Positions 15,941 through 20,000 of a stretch of 20,000 bases of DNA are shown one piece after another (positions within the stretch are counted from its first letter, which is position 1; every line of letters starts with the position of its first letter). A program made the translations under genes and the position numbers. The DNA comes from an uncultured virus (IMG/VR IMGVR_UViG_3300026478_000873) (lineage: Duplodnaviria; Heunggongvirae; Uroviricota; Caudoviricetes): IMG/VR virus record IMGVR_UViG_3300026478_000873. The stretch is one strand, 5' to 3'. The notes beneath the pieces are model-generated. The model was not told the DNA's origin, did not search any database, and saw nothing but the letters and a program-made list of their open reading frames with translations.

Positions 15941-18265
15941 ATGGCCGACCTTAAAATTTCTCAACTTACAGAACTTGCTGCCGCTGATTTGGCAAGCGAT
16001 GATGTGTTGGCTGTTGTTAATCTTGGCACTGGAGAAACGCGAAAAATCAAGGCCACTTCATTAATTAATAGAAGCGTAATTTTTCTTTCTGGCAGTACCA
16101 TTTCTGGAAGTGCTGTTAATTTTAGTAGCGTTACTATTAGTGGAACATCTTTAGCAAGCGGCACAGTTTCGTCTGGTAATATTGCGTTTAATTCAATTAC
16201 TGCTCAATTATTGGCAGACAATAGCGTCAATGTAGTAGACAGCGCTCTGCCAGCGTCTGGTGAATTTTTAGGGCAATTTGCTACTACAACTGGAGATGAT
16301 TTTATTTATGCATGGGATGGATCATCTTGGTCTCCTATTAAAGCGGCTGGATCTATTGCTTCTGTTAGTGGTGTAGCATCTGGCATTGTAAATATTGCTT
16401 CTATTACAACTAGCGGAAATGCCGTCATTAGTGGTTATTTATCTGCCACTACTTCCGGCTCTCAATTCCTAGCTGGGCCGACTGGAGCTGGAGGATCAGT
16501 ATATTATCGCCCTATTGAATCTTCCGATCTTCCCATTGCTACCACGGCCCAAGCGGGAGCTGTCATTATCAATGGAAATGGCCTGACGCTAAGTGGCAAC
16601 ACTGTTGCCATTGACAATTTTATTTCCACTGCTTCTGGCTTTTTAGGCGTTGCAGTTAATGAATATGGCTTGATTACTCATACCAGGGCTGTTGTTGGAG
16701 CGGATCTCCCCATTGCTCAATCTGGAATTACTGGAGCGGTTCAGCCCGGTACTGGCCTTGATGTGGATGGTGTGGGAACTATTGGCCATTCCAACTCCAT
16801 TGCATCTGGAGTGGTAAACGGCATTACATTTGATACTGAAGGGCACATTACAAATGCCATCCCATTAATTGCAGCAGATATTCCAAATCTTGATGCCAGC
16901 AAGATAACGACTGGCACCCTTGACAATGCGCGCATAGCTGCTCAAAGTATTGTGGGCGCCAAACTGGCCGATAGGTCTACGGCGCAATTCGGTGATAATC
17001 AACCCACTGCAGAATATATTGGCCAGCTTTATTTTAATAGCCTTTCACGAGATATTTATATTTGGGACGGCAACGTTTGGCAGCCGATTGGTATTTCAGT
17101 TGGTGAAATTGTATTCGCCGGTACATACGATGCAGGTACCAATTTAGTTGCTTCTGTGACCAGCGATGGTTCTGCTGTTGGCTTAGTAGTTGGACAAGCA
17201 CTGCCTGCTGCCGCCACTGCAAATAATAGATATTATCTTGTTGTTTCGGAAGCAGGCACTGGCACTGGTAATGCACCAAATGTAGCGCTTGCACCTCCAG
17301 ATATTATTCTTTCCAATGGAAGCGCATGGACTGAAATTGACGTTAGTCAAACTCTTACTAACGTAACAGCAAACCAAGTTTCCTATACGCCCGCTGGAAA
17401 CATTGCTGCAACAAATGTACAAGCGGCATTGGATGAATTAGATAATGAAAAGCTTGCCGTAAGCGGCGGGACAGTTACGGGAGTAATTACCCTTAGCAAT
17501 ACAAGTAGTGGCATTGCTTTTGAAGGCACTACTGATAATGCTTTTGAGACTTTACTCAATGCTGTAGATCCAACCGCCGACAATACAATATTATTACCAA
17601 ACCTTAGTGGCACATTAATTACCACCGGAGATACGGCCACAATTAGTGGTGTCATGATTGCTAGTGGCACTATTACTAACGCCAAAATCAGTCCAACTGC
17701 GGCTATTGACGGAGCAAAAATTCAAGCAGCAAGCACGACGACGAGTGGCGTTGTTGTGTTAGTGGATTCAACTAGCAGCACAAGCACGTCTACTGCCGCC
17801 ACTCCGAATTCAGTTAAGACTGCTTATGATCTAGCAAATGCAGCGCTACCATCATCTGGTGGCACAATGACAGGAGCAATTACATTTGCCTCTGGACAAA
17901 CTATTAGCGGATATGCACAACTAGCGAGTGCGCAAAGCTTTACTGCGGCTCAGCGGGGTTCAGTTGTTAGCGTTGCTGGAAGCGGAACTGTAACGCTTAA
18001 TTTAGCATTGGGCAATAATTTTGCTGCCACATTGAGTGGAACCACTACTTATGCATTGCCGTCTGGAATGACTGCGGGCCAAAGCGGGGCTTTAGTGCTA
18101 ACGCAAGATGGCACAGGAAGTCGCCTGGTTTCCTTCTCTGGATGGAAATTCCCTGGCGGGACAGCTCCAACTGCCACTACAACGGCATCGGGAGTTGACG
18201 TGGTTGTTTATTACGTCGAAAGTGCTTCTAGAATTAGCGCTCGCATGGTTAATGATGTGAAGTAG
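15941..18265 (+). CDS. Side tail fibre protein
   Basis: 774 aa, Ser/Thr/Gly/Ala-rich; N-terminal MADLKISQLTEL; tail-fibre repeat ASTTTSGVVVLVDSTSSTSTSTAATPNSVKTAYDLA (~17729-17839); C-terminal domain with GQSG..LTQDGTGSR..WKFPGGTAPT..VD. Confidence 0.85.
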   Translation: MADLKISQLTELAAADLASDDVLAVVNLGTGETRKIKATSLINRSVIFLSGSTISGSAVNFSSVTISGTSLASGTVSSGNIAFNSITAQLLADNSVNVVDSALPASGEFLGQFATTTGDDFIYAWDGSSWSPIKAAGSIASVSGVASGIVNIASITTSGNAVISGYLSATTSGSQFLAGPTGAGGSVYYRPIESSDLPIATTAQAGAVIINGNGLTLSGNTVAIDNFISTASGFLGVAVNEYGLITHTRAVVGADLPIAQSGITGAVQPGTGLDVDGVGTIGHSNSIASGVVNGITFDTEGHITNAIPLIAADIPNLDASKITTGTLDNARIAAQSIVGAKLADRSTAQFGDNQPTAEYIGQLYFNSLSRDIYIWDGNVWQPIGISVGEIVFAGTYDAGTNLVASVTSDGSAVGLVVGQALPAAATANNRYYLVVSEAGTGTGNAPNVALAPPDIILSNGSAWTEIDVSQTLTNVTANQVSYTPAGNIAATNVQAALDELDNEKLAVSGGTVTGVITLSNTSSGIAFEGTTDNAFETLLNAVDPTADNTILLPNLSGTLITTGDTATISGVMIASGTITNAKISPTAAIDGAKIQAASTTTSGVVVLVDSTSSTSTSTAATPNSVKTAYDLANAALPSSGGTMTGAITFASGQTISGYAQLASAQSFTAAQRGSVVSVAGSGTVTLNLALGNNFAATLSGTTTYALPSGMTAGQSGALVLTQDGTGSRLVSFSGWKFPGGTAPTATTTASGVDVVVYYVESASRISARMVNDVK

Positions 18266-18275
18266 GAGAAAACTA

Positions 18276-18419
18276 ATGATTCCAGGAAATATTAATTCTT
18301 TACTGCTTGCTGCCGATGCAGCGCCTACTGGTTATAGTATCTCACGTTCACTGCGGTTCAACAGTAGTGACAGTGACTTGTGGCAAAACCTTTGTAATAC
18401 ACAGGAGGCAGCAAAATGA
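18276..18419 (+). CDS. 47-aa stub: N-terminus of a lectin-type receptor-binding protein with a short unrelated tail (not in the ORF track)
   Basis: AGGAG SD at 18264-18268; translates MIPGNINSLLLAADAAPTGYSISRSLRFNSSDSDLWQNLCNTQEAAK*; its TGA overlaps the ATG of the next gene (ATGA); N-terminus is similar to that of the next gene. Confidence 0.7.
   Translation: MIPGNINSLLLAADAAPTGYSISRSLRFNSSDSDLWQNLCNTQEAAK
18348..18377. repeat. Imperfect dyad plus tandem hexamer; candidate recombination junction
   Basis: TCACTGCGGTT-C-AACAGTAGTGA (9/11 inverted match, 18348-18370) overlapping AGTGAC-AGTGAC (18366-18377). Confidence 0.45.
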
Positions 18420-19945
18420 CTATCCCAGGAAGCGCAATATCTCTTCTTCTTGCAGGCGCAGCTACCGACCCTAACCTTGTCGAGATCTACGCCTGGGGCG
18501 GTGGCGGTGGGAGCGGCTATGCAGGTGGATCAGGTGCTGGCGGAGGCGGTGGTGCGGTTTACGCAACTGCTGTAATAAGCCCATCTCAGGTTTACAACGT
18601 CATTGTCGGTGGCGGCGGTTTAACAATGGCACCCAATGCAGGCACGGGCGGCACCGTGTCCGGCGGCGGTGGATTAGCTGGCACAAGTGGCTATGGCGGC
18701 CAAGGCGGCGGATATTCAGGGATTTTTATTGGCGCTGCAGCAACCCAAAATGCCGCGCTTGTTATTGCCGGTGGTGGTGGTGGTGGCGCTTATGAAGGTG
18801 CTGCCGGTGGCGCTGGTGGTGGATCTACAGGTGCCGCAGGAGGCAGCGGAGCTGCTGCTGGTGGCGGAGGCGGAACGCAAAGTGCAGGTGGCACCTCTTC
18901 GCATTCGGGTGTTGGCACTGCGCTGAAAGGAGGCGATTGCGGAACATCGGGAGACGGTGGAGGCGGCGGCGGTGGAGGCGGCGGTTATTGGGGCGGCGGT
19001 GCTGGCTCTGGAGCAAACCCTGGCTCAGCCGGTGGTGGCGGTTCTGGGTATATCAACACGCTGCAAACACTAACCGGCACGCTTTACGCAGGTTCTGGTG
19101 CTACTCCAGGAAATAGCGGCAGTTCTTTTAGAGGAAGCTATGGCAATGGCGGGGCCAGCGGCGCGAACAACGGCTTGCAAGGTGTTGTTATTATTCGCTA
19201 TCAAGGCACACCGCGCTATACAGGCGGGACGATCACTCAATCTGGCGGGTACACAACACATACATTTACAGCAAATGGCTATCTAAATCTGAATACGGTT
19301 CTTTTGATGCCATTCAAGACATCGGCAACTGCAGACCATTCCCCCATTCCAAAGACAGTCACCATGAACGGTACTGTCACGATTTCATCGACTCAGTCAA
19401 AGTATTATGGTGCTAGCGCCTATTTCTCCAATGGAAACTGGCTGTCTGTCGCCGCTTCAAACGATTTTCTTTTTGCAGCTAATGATTTTACGATGGAATT
19501 GTGGATTTACCCAACCACAAACGCTTATGATATCTTTGGTGCTCTGGGGGGAAAACTTGCGCTTGGCTTGATTATTGGCAATTCATATAACTTTTCCAGG
19601 GCCGATGGAACAATCACTTTTGCCGACGACGGCTCGGGCGGCATTGTTACTAATTACCCGAATCAAAACTCAGTGAGCGGGCCAATGGTGGTCAACCAAT
19701 GGCAGCACCTTGCGTTTGTCCGCAGTGGCACGTCATTTTTGATATTTAGAGACGGTCAGCTTTTAAGCACCACAACTGTCAGCTCTTCCAATAATAACGT
19801 CGGCAGCAGTTCTCTCGCCATGGGAATTGGGCGTTTAACTGGATCAACCAATAGGCCAGTCACTGGATACATCCAAGATCTTGCTGTTTATAAGGGTTAT
19901 GCAAAATACACCGGAACGTTTACGCCTCCAGGTCCCCTTACATAA
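18416..19945 (+). CDS. Glycine-rich adhesin with C-terminal LamG/concanavalin-A-like domain (putative receptor-binding protein)
   Basis: AGGAGG SD at 18403-18408; Gly-rich domain (AWGGGGG...GVVIIRY...YTTHTFT) up to ~19280; LamG-like domain (DFTMELWIYP, NQWQHLAFVRSG, IFRDGQL, GYIQDLAVYKGYAKYT). Confidence 0.85.
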   Translation: MTIPGSAISLLLAGAATDPNLVEIYAWGGGGGSGYAGGSGAGGGGGAVYATAVISPSQVYNVIVGGGGLTMAPNAGTGGTVSGGGGLAGTSGYGGQGGGYSGIFIGAAATQNAALVIAGGGGGGAYEGAAGGAGGGSTGAAGGSGAAAGGGGGTQSAGGTSSHSGVGTALKGGDCGTSGDGGGGGGGGGGYWGGGAGSGANPGSAGGGGSGYINTLQTLTGTLYAGSGATPGNSGSSFRGSYGNGGASGANNGLQGVVIIRYQGTPRYTGGTITQSGGYTTHTFTANGYLNLNTVLLMPFKTSATADHSPIPKTVTMNGTVTISSTQSKYYGASAYFSNGNWLSVAASNDFLFAANDFTMELWIYPTTNAYDIFGALGGKLALGLIIGNSYNFSRADGTITFADDGSGGIVTNYPNQNSVSGPMVVNQWQHLAFVRSGTSFLIFRDGQLLSTTTVSSSNNNVGSSSLAMGIGRLTGSTNRPVTGYIQDLAVYKGYAKYTGTFTPPGPLT

Positions 19946-20000
19946 GGCATGTCAATTCTTCAATTACGCCCGCGCCCGCTGACCCCACTAGAGAACAAGG

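Noticed and set aside
18395..18419. Frameshift fusion of the stub ORF with the Gly-rich gene
   Set aside because: No slippery heptamer at the overlap, and the downstream gene has its own strong SD and its own N-terminal peptide.
18490..19050. GGC/GGT runs as a DNA repeat array or CRISPR
   Set aside because: They are simply glycine codons; there is no repeat-spacer periodicity.
150..19286. Numerous short alternative-frame and minus-strand ORFs in the track
   Set aside because: They lie within well-supported + strand structural genes, lack recognisable motifs and are expected shadow ORFs.
19373..19380. ACTGTCAC as an inverted partner of the GTGACAGT junction sequence
   Set aside because: Only 8 bp, inside LamG coding sequence (GTVT); compatible with chance.
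15941..19945. Diversity-generating retroelement target in the fibre/adhesin genes
   Set aside because: No reverse transcriptase and no template/variable repeat pair differing at adenines seen in this window.
19949..20000. Possible ORF start (MSILQLRPRPLTPLENK...) or cassette right end (CCCCACTAG) at the window edge
   Set aside because: Too short and truncated, no properly spaced SD, and only a 5-nt match to the junction motif; needs downstream sequence.

Overview
The whole window is a co-oriented (+ strand) virion morphogenesis operon of a tailed phage or prophage with a long non-contractile (siphovirus-like) tail. Gene content and the recurring TAGANT-type -10 boxes with mostly weak SD sequences resemble picocyanobacterial siphoviruses (host is inference only). 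Gene order: 3' part of a DUF2184-type major capsid gene, head-completion genes, major tail tube gene plus terminator, tail terminator and HK97-gp10-like genes, a tail-chaperone pair, tape measure protein, tail-tip genes (gpL-like, NlpC/P60, gpJ-like hub, Dit-like), two further tube-fold paralogues, a tail fibre, and a Gly-rich/LamG adhesin. Two items are not in the ORF track. (1) A 47-aa stub gene (18276-18419) carries only the N-terminal peptide of a receptor-binding protein and appears to break off at an imperfect dyad plus tandem repeat, suggesting a recombination junction for adhesin cassette swapping. (2) A dnaX-style -1 frameshift signal (internal SD, A_AAA_AAA, hairpin) links the two chaperone ORFs. 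All family assignments come from motif recognition and synteny, not from database searches.
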